Source of the DNA: Somniosus microcephalus
Lineage: Eukaryota
NCBI GenBank assembly: GCA_052327205.1
Contig: CM126233.1
Coordinates: 36,890,001-36,954,000 of the forward strand
DNA: 64,000 nucleotides
Direction: 5' to 3'
Part shown: one piece after another, positions 38,900 through 51,332 of the stretch
Layout of the letters: every line of letters starts with the position of its first letter
Numbering within the stretch: the stretch's first letter is position 1
Translations under genes and position numbers: made by a program
The notes under the pieces: model-generated
The model's database searches: none
Seen by the model: only the letters and a program-made list of their open reading frames with translations
What the model was told of the DNA's origin: nothing

Positions 38900-39458
38900 A
38901 TACATAGGAGCAGGAGGAGGCCATTCAGTCCCTCGTGCCTGTTCCGCCATTCAATGAGATCATGGCTGATCTGTATCCTAACTCCATCTACCCGCCTTGA
39001 CTCCATATCCTTGGCTAGCAAAATTCTATTGAGCTCAGATTTAAAATTATTCCTTGAACTCACATCTATTGCTCTTTGTGGGAGAGAGTTACACACTTCT
39101 ACCACCCTTTGGGTGAAGAGAGTTTTCCTAACTTCTCCTCTGAATGGCCTGGCGCTGATTTTAAGGTTATGACCCCTTGCCTTAGACTCCCCCCACCAGC
39201 GGAAAAAGATTCTGTCTATCTACCCTATCATTTCCTTCTAAAATCCTCAATCAAATCACCCCTTAGCTAGGACATACAAGCCACACAAGTTTATGTTATC
39301 TCGCCTCATAATCTAATTCTTGGAGCCCTGGTCACATTCTGGTGAATCTGCGCTGCACTCTTTCCAAGGCCAATAGATCCTTTCTATGGCGCGATGCCCA
39401 GAACTGTACAAAGTACTCCAGATGTGGTCTAGCCAGGGCTTTGTATAGCTGAAGCAAG
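38900..39458 (-). mobile_element. CR1 LINE 3' fragment
   Basis: cataggagcaggaggaggccattcag... end; VEVCNSLPQRA remnant. Confidence 0.85.
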
Positions 39459-39910
39459 TTGGCTTTCTGAAATCTGAATAATTTTTCACTCACTAAAAAA
39501 GTGTCACTTGATCTTCAGCTAGAGAAAATGGACCTTTTTAAAATTATAAACAAAACTGATTGAAATCTGGACCCAGTCAGTGGGATGGGAGAAGCTGCAG
39601 CAGTAAAGAAGCAAATGATGAATTGTCTGAGATGGATGATGAATGCACTGTTATTTGTGAGCTGGCGAGGTGCTTCTCCCCTTTTAGCTTAGTTACCAAA
39701 GATGGAAACTAACTGGCTAGCTGATGAGAGGAATTTCCCAGACCTGCCAGCACTCTGTATCCACTCTACTCAACTGGACTGATGTCTCCTGAATCAAAAC
39801 CTTGCAATAGAAACTAGGCGAATTAGTGCTTACACTGGATATAATGAGTTATATATAAATTGTCACTGTGGTTAGGGAACATTACAAGTGTGCAAGACCT
39901 GCTGGGGTTT

Positions 39911-40645
39911 CATAGAATGGTTACAGCACAGAAGGAGGTCATTCGGCCCATCAAGCCCGTGCCGGCTCTTTGCAAAAGCACTTCAGCTAGTCCCACTCCT
40001 CTGCCCTTTCCCTGTAGCCCTGCAATTTTTTTGCCTTCAGATACTTATCCAATTCCCTTTTGAAAGCCACCACCCTCCAGATTCTAACCACTCGCCACGT
40101 AAAAAAGTTTTTCCTCATATCGCCTTTGGTTCTACTGCCAATCACCTTAAATCTCTGGTTCTCGATCCTTCTGCCAATGGGAACAGTTTCTCTCTATCTG
40201 CTCTGTCTAGACCCCTCACGATTTTGAACACCTCTATCAAATCTTCTCTCAACCTTCTCTGCTCTAAGGAGAACAACCCCAGCTTCTCCAGTCAATCCAC
40301 GTAACTGAAATCCCTCATCCCTGGAATCATTCTCATAAATCTTTTCTGCATCCTCTCTAAGGCCTTCACATCCTTCCTAAAGTGCGGTGCCCAGAATTGG
40401 ACACAATACTCCAGTTGAGGCCGAACCAGTGTTTTATACAGGTTCATCATAACTTCCTTGCTTTTGTACTCTATGCCTCTATTTATGAAGCCCAGGATCC
40501 CGTATGCTTTTGTAACTGCTTTCTCAACCTGCTTTGCCGCCTTCAATGATTTGTGCACATATACCCCCAGGTCTCTCTCTGTTCATGCACTGTCTTCAGA
40601 ATTGTACCCTTTATTTTATATTGCCTCTCCTCGTTCTTCCTTCTA
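39911..40645 (-). mobile_element. CR1 LINE 3' fragment
   Basis: LYKTLVRPQLEYCVQFWAPHFRKDV (ORF 40292..40558). Confidence 0.92.
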
Positions 40646-41301
40646 AAATGTATCACTTTGCACTTTGGATTGTCCCCTCTGTTTGGGGGAAAGTCTGTTC
40701 AAAGCAGCAATGCAAAAACAGTAGCAGTGTAACAGAATGGTGTCCTGCAGCACCTGGCGCCACCTGAGACAGCTGTTTGTTTCCTGGGGGCAGTGTAGGG
40801 TAAAAACCGTCCCCTGCGACGGTGGATCTCCATGCCGTCAGAAACACTGACGCCACCTTGTTTGTTACATTCCAGCTGTCGGAGGCGATATTGCCTCCTG
40901 CAGCATTGTAATATGAATGCAGCTTGATTTTTATTTTGTGAACATTGAGAGTATTTTTTTTAGCAATATCTATTGAATAATTTCGAATTAGATCAGTTCA
41001 CATGCAACATGTTAACCTCTTGGGGCAGAGGGCACACCCATACCTCATACTAGGAATCTTGGCTCCACCACTACATAAGCTACAAGTGACGGGCTTAAAA
41101 CCGTGCCCCACCCTAACTTCGCACAGGACTCCGCAGCAGGCTGTGTGTCACAGGCTCTTGTGCATTTGTGAGTCCATTTCAAAGCTTGACTTGAGTCCGG
41201 TCAGCCTGATGACTCAGTGTTATTCCCCATGACTTAATCGCCACCCCCTCACTTGGCGAATGATATGCATGATATCAGAAGTCAGTAAAAAAAAAAATTA
41301 C

Positions 41302-41435
41302 AAAAGCAAAACACTGCGGAATTTGCAGGAAATCTGAAATAAAAACACAAAATTCTGCAAACACTCGGCAGGTCAGGCAGCATCTGTGGAGAGAGAAACA
41401 GAGTTAACATTTCAGGTCAATGACCCTTCATCAGT
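41302..41435 (-). mobile_element. Solo Penelope-like terminal repeat with hammerhead core
   Basis: Minus strand CTGATGAagggtcattgacctGAAAtgttaact plus the family tail. Confidence 0.8.
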
Positions 41436-41959
41436 TTAAAAAAAAAAAAAAAATTACACACTTTTTCTTGAAGTGCCTATGATTTTTTTCATCAATTTCC
41501 TCCCCTCTTCTGAAGGCTCTTACCCTTGCTGCAGTACGGTTCCATGTTGCTGGCTGCTAGTACCCTCCCAGAGTTACCTTTCTTCACGGGTGACCCTTCA
41601 TAGTGTGTGTTGGGTGTTGAGAAATATCACAACTGAGCTCGATCACATTCTCTCCTGACAACTAAACACGCACCTTCCAGCACGAGACCTCTACCCAGGC
41701 AGTGGTTAGCAAACTCAGCACACTGGGGTTTGAGCTTGACTCAATATCGCACCAAAAATGTCATCGTTCCAATCAGCGAAGTTCCTATTTGTCCTTAACA
41801 GACCCGTGATGGAGTGTTGGATGCCAGCATTGCAGACTGCTCAAATCAGCCTGAGCGGTGTCTCCAATCACTTCTCTGAGAACATGGGAGGGAGCAAAGA
41901 CACCATGGAGTGTGAGCAGTCTCGCCTTAGGGAAAGATTACATGGAGCAGCCTCGCTCC

Positions 41960-42395
41960 TGTAGTACGGACATATGGTTAGGCCACAATTGGAATATTTT
42001 AGTTTTGGGCACCTTACCTCCAGGAAGGATGTCAAGGTTGCGGTGAGGGTGCAGAAGAGACTTACTTAAGATGTGAGGCTTTAGTTAAAAGAAGCAACTG
42101 GAGAAACTGGGGCTCTTTTCACAACAACAGAGCAAAAGGCTAAGAGGAGATCTCTGGGTGTTCAAAATTACAAGGGGTTTATGATCAGGTAAATGGTGGA
42201 AAACTATATCTACCGGTTAGTGAGTTGTTAACTAGAGGCCATGAATTTAAGATCATCAACAGAACAACAAAGGGAGCAGTTAGGAGAAGTTTTTTTTTAA
42301 TGCAGAGGGTTGTTAAAAAATTCTCCAGAAGCAGTAATGGAAGCAGAATCGATAATATCCTTTAAAAGGGAAGTGAATAAATAGGTGAAAAATAA
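41960..42395 (+). mobile_element. Old CR1 LINE fragment
   Basis: ggttaggccacaattggaata...ttttgggcacc...aggaaggatgtc; heavily decayed. Confidence 0.75.
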
Positions 42396-42406
42396 ACATT
42401 TTGCCT

Positions 42407-42530
42407 TCAGTTCTGATGAAGGGTACCCACCGAAAAGTCTAAACCCGCCTTTTCTCTTTACAGATGCTGACTGACCTGCTGTGTATTACCGTTCTTTGTT
42501 TGTTTTAGATTTCTAGCTTAAGCAGCTTTC
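42407..42530 (+). mobile_element. Solo Penelope-like terminal repeat
   Basis: cagttCTGATGAagggtacccaccGAAA...cagatgctgactgacctgctgtgtatt. Confidence 0.75.
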
Positions 42531-42752
42531 CCTTGTATTTTCGAGTTATATGGTTTTTTTTTGTGGATTACATGTGTTCGCTGTACAGATACACAGGTGT
42601 AAATTACTCACTGATCTTACCATGCCTTTTTACTCTTTAATTTTTCTCCCTCTAATACTGACACAAATATGCAGGTTCTAACATTTAAAAGTTTGTGGCA
42701 GTGCTTTCAGCTAGCCTAACATTGTGACTTTTTGTTTATCTCGAACCTCCAG

Positions 42753-42875
42753 CACTTATTAGATGTGAAGTCACTGAAGTACTTGTCGAGCCTGACACTG
42801 CACGACCGCATCACCAAGTCTCTGCTCCATCTGCACAAAAAGAAAAAGCCGCCCAGCATTAGTGCCCAATTCCAG
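42753..42875 (+). CDS. MYO9A: Myosin IXa exon, [41 protein letters not shown]
   Basis: ctccag| and |gtaaat; 123 nt, phase 0 to 0. Class IX signature [23 protein letters not shown]. Confidence 0.97.
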
Positions 42876-42882
42876 GTAAATA

Positions 42883-43496
42883 CAGTAAACTCTTGTTTAA
42901 ACGGCACTTTAATCATCTGGAATACAGGAAACTTTCTTTTATCCGGCACGGACGGGACCGACGTGGTGCCGGTTAACCAAAATTCCGGATAACCGAACGC
43001 TATAGTAAAAGATAGGGAGAGCTGACAGCTCCGTATAAAGCAACAAACCCTGTTGCTTAGCAACAACTGTAGAACAATGAACACAAGCTTCAAGCGTCTC
43101 TAGCTTAGCAACAGCTGCAGCCACACCCTTGCACAGCACAGATGGAAGAAGGCAAATAAATATGAAGTAAAACCTACTCCTGAATTTTGCTGGTTAACCG
43201 ACATTTCCGGTTATTTAGGTGCCGGTAAATCGAAAGTTTCCTGTACTTTAATAACCGGCAAAATAGATATATCTCAATACAAAACAACACCTCAATAACC
43301 GGTAATCTTGCCGATTCTACCATACATTTAACGGAACATTTTGTAGGTGAGTACCCAATTATACAGTACATTTCTTGATTTTTTATTTTTGTTTGTTAAA
43401 AATGGCCTTGGTATGTACACCTCTCTGTTATCCAGAATTTTCCATCAACCAGCACCATCCTGGTCCCATAGGTGCCGGATAGGAAAGTGTTCACTG
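42883..43496. mobile_element. Older pogo/Tigger-type MITE (host of a nested MITE)
   Basis: TA|CAGTAAACTCTTGTTTAAACGGCAC ... GTGCCGGATAGGAAAGTGTTCACTG|TA; degenerate ~25-bp TIR. Confidence 0.7.
42925..43243. mobile_element. MITE related to family A, opposite orientation, nested
   Basis: TA|CAGGAAACTTTC ... GAAAGTTTCCTG|TA; shares ccggcac.gacgggaccg and gttgcttagcaac with family A. Confidence 0.88.
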
Positions 43497-44579
43497 TACA
43501 CGGTGCAGGCCACTGGTTCTCCCATCTTGCTGTCTTCTTTGCTTGTACTGTATGTAGAGTGTTGAATATCAATTTACTGTCCCAAATTACCGGTGTTTGA
43601 TTCTAGAGTAACCAGTAAACCTGATGAGTTCTGATAACTCTTTGACTGTTTAAAGGTGTGTGTATTTTTTTGTTTTGGGCCATCTGACATGTGTTAACTG
43701 GCTCAGTATGTGGGCTGTTCTCCTCTACTGAAAGTTTCAGGCCCCTCCCTACTAACCTCGAGAACAGCATAAAATTTAACGAGCGAATTGAATGTGCGAA
43801 TGTAAAGAAATCAAGGATGAGAAAAGGCATCGAAATTCATCCCTCTAGTACCTTAAACCTCCGTGTATGTTGAATAGCTCCAATAGTTTGGCTTCTAGCC
43901 GTGTCATACCTTGAATAAAAAAGTTTTTATGACATGATTTAGAACAGTATTAAATAGAAAATTGGCACCAGTTGTTGATGGAAATCACGCTCTCCCCAAT
44001 CAGCTTGCGAAGTACTCACATTCCAGCACTGCCTTATAAAGACACCTTATTTATCCCAAGTGCCAGTTATGAACATTTTCAGTGCTGTCCTTGTGGCATA
44101 AAGACAGTGCTGTCCTTGTTACGCTGTATTTAATCATCATCCTGTACAGTATTTTTATTCTCCAATTTTCTCCCTTTCCACGGGGATGGTTCCACAGGTT
44201 TCAAGCAAGACTTGAGATTAAAAGCATTTTTCTCATCGGTCCCCTGCCCCGAGTTGTCTATTTATGGAATAGACTTGCAACTAATGCCGTTATTCCTGTG
44301 TTGATTTTTCACCTGCAAAATAAGAGCCAGGTCAGTGAACAGTGGGATTGAGGATAAGAATAGGGCGAGATGATTGAATGCCGTGTGGAATATGATGATT
44401 CCCAAACTGCTGGACCATCAAAATGATATGAATATTGAGTCATGGCAGTACAGTGCAAGGTTAAATAGGTGATCTGGATTTACCTCTGGGGGCAGGTTGC
44501 ACCTTTCAGAGGCTTTCTTCAGGGAAGGGAAATAATTTGAAGGGTTTTTTAAATCGAAAAAGGAGTTCCAAGAAGCGCA

Positions 44580-45020
44580 GAATTTGCATTTATACAGCTC
44601 CTTTCATGTCCTCCGCAAGCCTCAAAGTGGTTCACAGCTAATAAAGTACTTTTGAAGTGTAGTCATTGTTGTAATGTAGGGAAATGCAGCAGCCGATTTG
44701 CACATTGCAGGATCCCGCAAGCAGCAATGAGATAAATGGTCAGTTAATCTGTTTTAATGGTATTAGTGGATGGATAAATGGTAGCCAGGACGGTGGGAGA
44801 GCTCCCCTGCTCTTTGAATAATGCCATAGGACCTTTTACATCAACCTGAGAGGGCAGATGGGGCTTTGGTTTAATGCCTCATCTGAAAAATGGCACCTCC
44901 GACAGTGCAGCACTCCCTCTGGAGTGTCAGCCTAGATAATCTTCTCAAGTCTCTGAATTTGGGCTTGAACCCACGACCTTCTGACTCAAAGGTGCGAGTG
45001 CGACTGCTCAGCCAAGGATG
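44580..45020 (-). mobile_element. DeuSINE (SacSINE1-like): tRNA head, Deu domain, L2-type tail
   Basis: ggcacctccgacagtgcagcactccctc and gggcagatggggctttggtttaa match the recalled Deu-domain core; B-box-like gggcttgaaccc; ttgcatttata tail. Confidence 0.85.
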
Positions 45021-45291
45021 ACAACTAAAACAGACTAGATGGGGGGTAAAAATAAAACTGATGATTTGAAATTCAAGTGGTGGTTTGGTAAGAATATTGT
45101 TGAACCAAATCTAGCTCGGCATATTCTTCACCCAAAATAAATAGACTGGCTACATTGGGACCAATATGACTTTATGGGTTTTTAAGATTTATTGCATTTT
45201 GTGTGCTAGGTTTTTTGTATACATTTGGTCTTGGTCCATAGACTCCAGTTACTGCAGTAATTCACGATTTTATATTTTCTGTCTTGTGCAG

Positions 45292-45372
45292 GCCTCTCTC
45301 AATAAGCTCATGGAGACTCTGGGACAGGCAGAGCCATACTTTGTCAAGTGTATTCGATCAAATGCAGAAAAG
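45292..45372 (+). CDS. MYO9A: Myosin IXa exon, [27 protein letters not shown]
   Basis: gtgcag| and |gtaact; 81 nt. Myosin PxFVxCIxxN motif. Confidence 0.97.
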
Positions 45373-45415
45373 GTAACTGACTTTTAGTATCTGTTGCTGT
45401 ACTTGAAAATGTTTT

Positions 45416-45725
45416 TTTTATTCGTTTGAGATGTGAGTGTCGCTGGCAAGGCCAGCATTTATTGCCCATCCCTAATTGCCCTTGAGAAGGTGGTGGTGAG
45501 CCGCCTTCTTGACCTGCTGCAGTCCGTGTGGTGAAGGTGCTCCCACAGTGCTGTTAGGTAGTGAGTTCCAGGATTTTGACCCAGCAATGATGAAGGATCG
45601 GCAAAATACTTCCAAGTCAGGATGGTGTGTGGCTTGGAGGGGAACTTGGAGGTGGTGGTGTTCCCATGCGCCTGCTGCCCTTATCCTTCCAGGTGGTGGA
45701 GGTCACGGGTTTGGGAGGTGCTGCA
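45416..45725 (-). mobile_element. CR1/L2-superfamily LINE 3' fragment (sister of 26541-27552)
   Basis: Colinear with 26541-26739 plus 27279-27392; begins about 45 nt after the exon donor at 45372. Confidence 0.82.
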
Positions 45726-45787
45726 ATTAATTGGTTGAGAAACCAGGGTCCATAGCGTAGGCTAAATTGCAAGAGTAGGCCAAGGAG

Positions 45788-47200
45788 ACAACAACAATTT
45801 GCATTTATATAATGCCTTTAAAGTCCAAAGTCCCTTCACAAAGGAGCAACCAGGGCTGGATGAGGTTACAGAGCTAGGGAGGTGCGAGGCCGTGATGGGT
45901 TTTAAACGGGAGGATGAGAATTTAAAATTTTGGGCGTTGGGCACAGGAAGCCAATGTAGGTCATTGAGGTCAAGGGTGGTGGTTGAATGGGGCTTGGTGC
46001 GGGATAGAATGTGGGAACAGAGTTTTGACATCAGCTGAAGTTTTGACAGTGGAGAAAGGGAGGCGGGCCATGGAAGCATTGGAACAGTTAAGTGCAGAGG
46101 TGGGCAGTGTTAGAGCTGGACGTAGGCAGTTTTTGTGATGGAGAGGAGATGGGGGTCTGAAGCTCTGCTCAGCTCAGGCTCAATGCTGAGATTGTGAACA
46201 GTCTGTTTTAGCCTTGGGCAATACCAGGGAGGGGGATGAAATGGTAGCGAAGTTATGAAGTTTGTGCTGAGGATTAAAGACGATACCTTCAGTCTTCCCA
46301 ATGTTTAACTAGAGTTAATTGTAACTCATCCATGACTGGATATTAGACAAGTATTCTGACAATACAGAGGCAGGAGAGGGGTTGAGAAGTGGCGCCATAG
46401 GAGAGCCTGGTGTTGCTAAGGAAGATGTTGCTAGGGGACAGCATGTATATGAGGAAGAACAGGGGACCAAGGATAGATCTTGGGGTGGACTCCAGAGGTA
46501 CTGTGCTGGCTCGGGAAGAGAAACCATTGTTGAAGATAGGATAAAGTAAGAGTGGAACTAAGCAAGGACTGTGTTGGACAATGGAGGAGAAGTGTTGGAT
46601 GAAGATGGTGTGGTCAGCTGTGTAAAGGGCTGCAGAGAGGACAAGGAGGGATAATGCAACACAGTCAAGGTCACAGAGGATGTCATTTATGGTTCTGGTT
46701 ATCGTTTCCATGCTGTGGCAGAGACAGAAACCTGATTGGAGAGATTCAAGTATGGAGTTCCGAGAAGGATGAGCATGGATTTGGGAGGTGACAACACGTT
46801 CAAGGACTTTGGAGAGGAAAGGAAGTTGGAGATGGGAGCGGCAGTTTGTAAGGACAGAGGGGTCAAGGGTGAGCTTTTTGAGGAGGGGTGTGATGTGGGC
46901 GGTTTTGAAATGGAGGGGGACAGTACCTGAGGAGAGGGAATCATGTCAGCTAGCGTGAGGGCCAGGAAGGGAAGATGGTTGGTCAGTGATTTTAGTGTGA
47001 ATGAGGGCAAGGGAGCAGGAGTGGGTCTCAAGGACAAGATGAGCACAGCGAGGGCATGAGGGAGAGACAGGAGGGAAACTAGAGCATGATGCAAGTTCAG
47101 GGGTGAGCCTGGGAGGAGGTTTGGCTTGGTGGGCAGAGGCAGCTGAACGGTTGGTCTCCGTATTAGCGACTAAAAAGCTCATGAGATCCTCAGATTTAAG
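45788..47200 (-). mobile_element. LINE2 fragment
   Basis: acaacaacaatttgcatttatata tail; DLHWLPV and SILGPLFFLIYM remnants. Confidence 0.88.
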
Positions 47201-47780
47201 ACTCATGTCAGGAAGTTCATCAGTGAAGGCAGAAACTCTAGAATTATTTAAAAAACAGTTGGATGCCACAATGGGTGGGGTGTAGGGTCTTTCTCATCGT
47301 ATTTATCTTAAAATACAATGAAGACTGAATAGGTAGGAGAAGACCAGATAAATTTAAGCAGTTGTGGTTAGTTGACATGTTTGGATTTTTGTAGATTGTA
47401 AGGCGGAAAGGCTGATTGTCGTGGGAAAGAATCCGTGTTGGAGATGGTATGGTGAATCTTGATTTCAGCACAGTGGTGATGTAGGGAAGAGGAGGAGCAC
47501 GCGCAACAGTGCATTTGCTTCATAGGAGGAATAAGAGAGGAAAATTCAGAGAAACAATCGCCATAGAAGTTAGCAATGAAATGGTGGTGGAGTGCAGGGC
47601 TGAAGGGAAGAGATAGCGAGTTGATGTTTAGAAGTGAGAGAGAGGTCACCTGTCAAAGGACAAGTGTTTTTCTTGTCTTCTGTCCAGGAGTGTGCTTCAT
47701 ACAATTTGTCCTGTGAGAATTGCTACGTTGAGAACATTGCTCCTTGCAAATCTCTGACCTTTCTTTTGTCAACATTGCAG

Positions 47781-47891
47781 CTTCCATTGCGCTTCAATGA
47801 TCACCTGGTCCTGAGACAGCTGCGGTACACGGGCATGCTGGAAACGGTCAGGATACGACAATCGGGCTACAGTATTAAGTACACCTTCCAG
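47781..47891 (+). CDS. MYO9A: Myosin IXa exon, [37 protein letters not shown]
   Basis: ttgcag| and |gtgaga; 111 nt. QLRYxGxLETVRIR motif of the SH1/SH2 region. Confidence 0.97.
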
Positions 47892-48943
47892 GTGAGAACC
47901 TCTGGTTACTTGGGGGCATGGGATTTTCAGTGCACTGCTCAGTTCTGCTTTGATTTAGATTTATGGATGGTATCAATTTAAAAAGTGCAATATAAACATT
48001 GTAGGTCAATCGATTTTAATTTGAACTGAATTAACAATAATTGAGGCATGTGCACATCACTGAGCTGAAAGGTCCAACATAGTTGAATTTGGCCCGGTTT
48101 AAGGGGTTTAATTTCTATCCAGGCTTGAATTGGTTGGTTTACATTTTTTAAACTTTTTAACAAATGCAAACTTGCATCTGAAGAAAAAATGCAGAACCGA
48201 GTTGAGTTTTTGTCAGCATTAACACCTGTGGCTGCATGCTTTTGAGTTTGATGGGCTGGGGTCAGTTCAGGGCAGACTGCCCAAAAATCCTAACCCAAAT
48301 ACGGTTGACTCACTCCTGCCACCTTACCTTTTGTGGAGTGATTTAAAAAAAAAAAAAAATGTTCCCGGGTTTTTCTCGCCTCTCCTGAAGGCACTAGCTC
48401 TTGCTGGGCTACATGTGTGCTGGCACCCTCTGGAACCGCTCCAAAGTGGCCAATCTTCACACAAAAACCCAGGCAGTGAGTGTCATCACGCTGTTTGACT
48501 GTTGGGAATTGCATGATCAGGTAGTCCTCACTCAACATCCACATGCATGTTTCTAGCAGGATTCCTGGTTAGTGATCAGGAGTGGGGACCCTGGCTGAAT
48601 TTTCTGTTCTCGCTCTCCTCCCTCGCCCTGCGGCACCAAGGCCCATTGCTGTGTGCCAACTGCTCCCTTTGCTGAGATCAACTCATTCAGCACAGGCCGG
48701 GTTTGGAACCTGGGACCATCCTGGAGTGTATTTGTTCTGGTACTACATCTCCATAGGGGAGTGCATCCTGGTTGATTTGGAATGTAATCCTTATCTGATC
48801 TGTCCTCCCAGTTATTACAGGGTAATGCCTTCTTAGCGGTGGGATGCTTTATTTAAAGCACGCTGGTGTCCAGCTGATGCGCTCGCTGCATCAATACAGC
48901 TGAAGTGAAATGCATTTTGTAATGTTTCCGTATCATTTCTCAG

Positions 48944-49066
48944 GAATTTGTGGCTCACTTCCATGTGCTTTTGCCACAAGGCACCGTCTCTTCTCCGTGC
49001 AGTATCAGGGAGTTTGTGAAAAATGTGAACCTCAATACAACCAGTTATCAAGTAGGCGAAACAATG
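48944..49066 (+). CDS. MYO9A: Myosin IXa exon (converter), EFVAHFHVLLPQGTVSSPCSIREFVKNVNLNTTSYQVGETM
   Basis: tctcag| and |gtaagt; 123 nt, phase 0 to 0. Translated by hand; matches recalled DFVSHFHVLLP...YQVGKTM. Confidence 0.94.
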
Positions 49067-49896
49067 GTAAGTTACAGTTTTACCTTATGAAACAGCCAAA
49101 GCACATGCTCATTCGAACCTGACATGCACAGAGAATAAAAGCTGCTGTGGAAATTCACATCAATTGAAAAACATAAGGTGCACATCTGTGCCCTACTCTG
49201 TAGGGCGTACGGAAAAATCATATTGTTTAGATTATGAAGTTTCTTTTACAATCTTGATCTGTTTCATGTAACCTCTGCAAAAATGATGTTACTTTAAATT
49301 ACACTGAGGATTCTAAGAAAATATATGGAAGGTCTTTATACTTTAAATAAAAAATAAAAAATCCCTTCTCTTTTGGTTTTCTGAAGGCATTAATTCATGC
49401 TGGGCATGACAAAACCAGCTGCTTCCCTTCACCAGTTTTAATTTTTGAGCCTAGATGGTGGCTGTTGGTAGGAGTTTGTACATTTGGGGCATTGCACTTT
49501 GATGCTGTCCCCACCCAATGTCCACACACACACGTTCCAGCAGGGGTCACTGGATAGTGCGCAGGAGCCCTGGTCGAGATTTTTTCCCCCCCATTGCCTT
49601 ACCCTTGGCACCTATCGCCAGCCCTCTGCCGTGCTGCATCTCTCCCAACATTAAGAGTCTTTGACTATGCTTTAGCTCCCCTCCTCTGACTGTTTGTTCT
49701 TCTTCTGTTCACTGTCCCCGTTCAAACCACTTTGTCCCCTTCTCTCTCACGGATGTTTTGCTACATTAAAGGCTCTGTGTGAGGGGAATCTGTTGTAATC
49801 TTTCAATTGACCGATGCCCTAGTGTATTTACTTGTTCATGCCTCTCTCTTTGTTACAAGCATCATTTACTGTTGCATTTGTGCCCAATTCCCATAG

Positions 49897-50046
49897 ATAT
49901 TCATGAAGGAGAGTGAGCGTCAAAGACTGCAGGACATGCTGCACAAGGAGGTCCTGAGACGAATCATTTTGCTTCAGAGCTGGTTTCGTGCCGTGCTGGA
50001 GCGGCGGCAGTTTCTCCAGATGAAGCAGGCAGCAGTTATAATACAG
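49897..50046 (+). CDS. MYO9A: Myosin IXa exon (end of motor, IQ1), [50 protein letters not shown]
   Basis: ccatag| and |gtttgt; 150 nt, in frame with ORF 49903..50085. Confidence 0.95.
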
Positions 50047-50349
50047 GTTTGTAGTGAACTGAAAGCTGCTGCCGTTCCGTTTTAAGCTAGGGGAACCTGT
50101 ACACAAATCTAACACCAATCTTGGGAGGAAGCTTCTCTGAAGGCTACCAATAATAAGTAGCCCTGAACTGCATAAGTTTCAGGAGTCCAAACTACAGCCT
50201 GTGTGCCAGATGCCGCCTGGGCCACAGAGCTTGGGTAACTCGGTTCTGTTTGTGCTGTTATTTCTTAGTCGCTGGTTTATCCTGCTGGTGTTTTGTGTGT
50301 CTGGAGGTTTGATGAGAGCTGTTTTTAGGGTGGCTGCCCCATTACTGGA

Positions 50350-50505
50350 ATTGCCAATTCAGTGCCAGGTTTACTGTGGGCTCTCGCTCACTAGGAACTG
50401 GACTGAGACTGCTCAAACGGATATCACATGGGCCCAAATCCAGTTTGTGAAGAGTCCCAAGTCCCAGAGGTGAAAGCCCACTGATTAATCCACTGTGCCA
50501 ACATG
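50350..50505 (-). mobile_element. LF-SINE-like SINE 5' region
   Basis: Four colinear blocks match my recollection of the LF-SINE consensus, including cactaggaactggactgagac at 50389-50409. Confidence 0.6.
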
Positions 50506-50566
50506 TTCCCTCTGACTGGGTCATGTTTTTTTTAAATCACATCATAAATTTTTTTACATTTCTTCG

Positions 50567-50900
50567 CATCATAGGAGTTTACGGCACAGAAGGAGGTCGT
50601 TCAGCCCATCGTGTATGTGCCGGCTGAAAAAGAGCTCTCCAGCCTAATCCCACTTTCCAGCTCTTGCTCCGTAGCCCTGCAGGTTACGGCACTTCAAGTG
50701 CATATCCAAGTACTTTTTAAATGTGATGAGGGTTTCTGCCTCTCCCACCCTTTCAGGCAGTGAGTTCCAGACCCCCACCACCCTCTGGGTGAAAAAAGTT
50801 CTCCTCAACTCCCCTCTGAACTTCTGACCAATTACTTTAAATCTATACCCCTATGACCTCTCTGCTAAGGGAAATAGGTCCTTCCTATCCACTCTATCTA
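50567..50900 (-). mobile_element. CR1 LINE 3' fragment
   Basis: Very similar to 23840-24135. Confidence 0.9.
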
Positions 50901-51027
50901 TGTTTTTAGAGATTATTTTGGGTACCCTTGTATAACCAACAGTTTGTGTTTTACTGATTTTCATGGCAGCAGTTACAGAAATCCGATATTCTAAATATAA
51001 TTTCTCTTTTTCCATTTTACTTTGCAG

Positions 51028-51332
51028 AATTATTGGCAAAACTACAAAATGAAGCAGAGCCTCATTTGCACAGACCCCAATGTTCTGAATGCAGCAGCAA
51101 CCAGCATTCAGGCTACATGGAAAGGCTACAGACAGCGAAAGATGTTCTTGCAAATGCATGATGCAGCAATTGTCATACAGAGGTGCTGGCGTGATTACCG
51201 CAGACACAGGCTGGCAGCGCTGTGCATTCAGACATACTGGCGACGGTACAAGGAGATGCAAACGTACAAAGCATTCAGGGACAGCATCATAAAGATTCAA
51301 GCAGCAAACAGAGGATTCGTAGTGCGCCGCAG
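51028..51332 (+). CDS. MYO9A: Myosin IXa exon (IQ2-IQ6 neck)
   Basis: ttgcag| and |gtaact; 305 nt, phase 0 to 2. IQATWKGY, IQRCWRDY, IQTYWRRY, IQAANRGF. Six IQ motifs in total favour MYO9A over the four-IQ MYO9B. Confidence 0.95.

Noticed and set aside
44955-45020. tRNA gene
   Set aside because: A/B-box-like head of a SINE with no intact cloverleaf.
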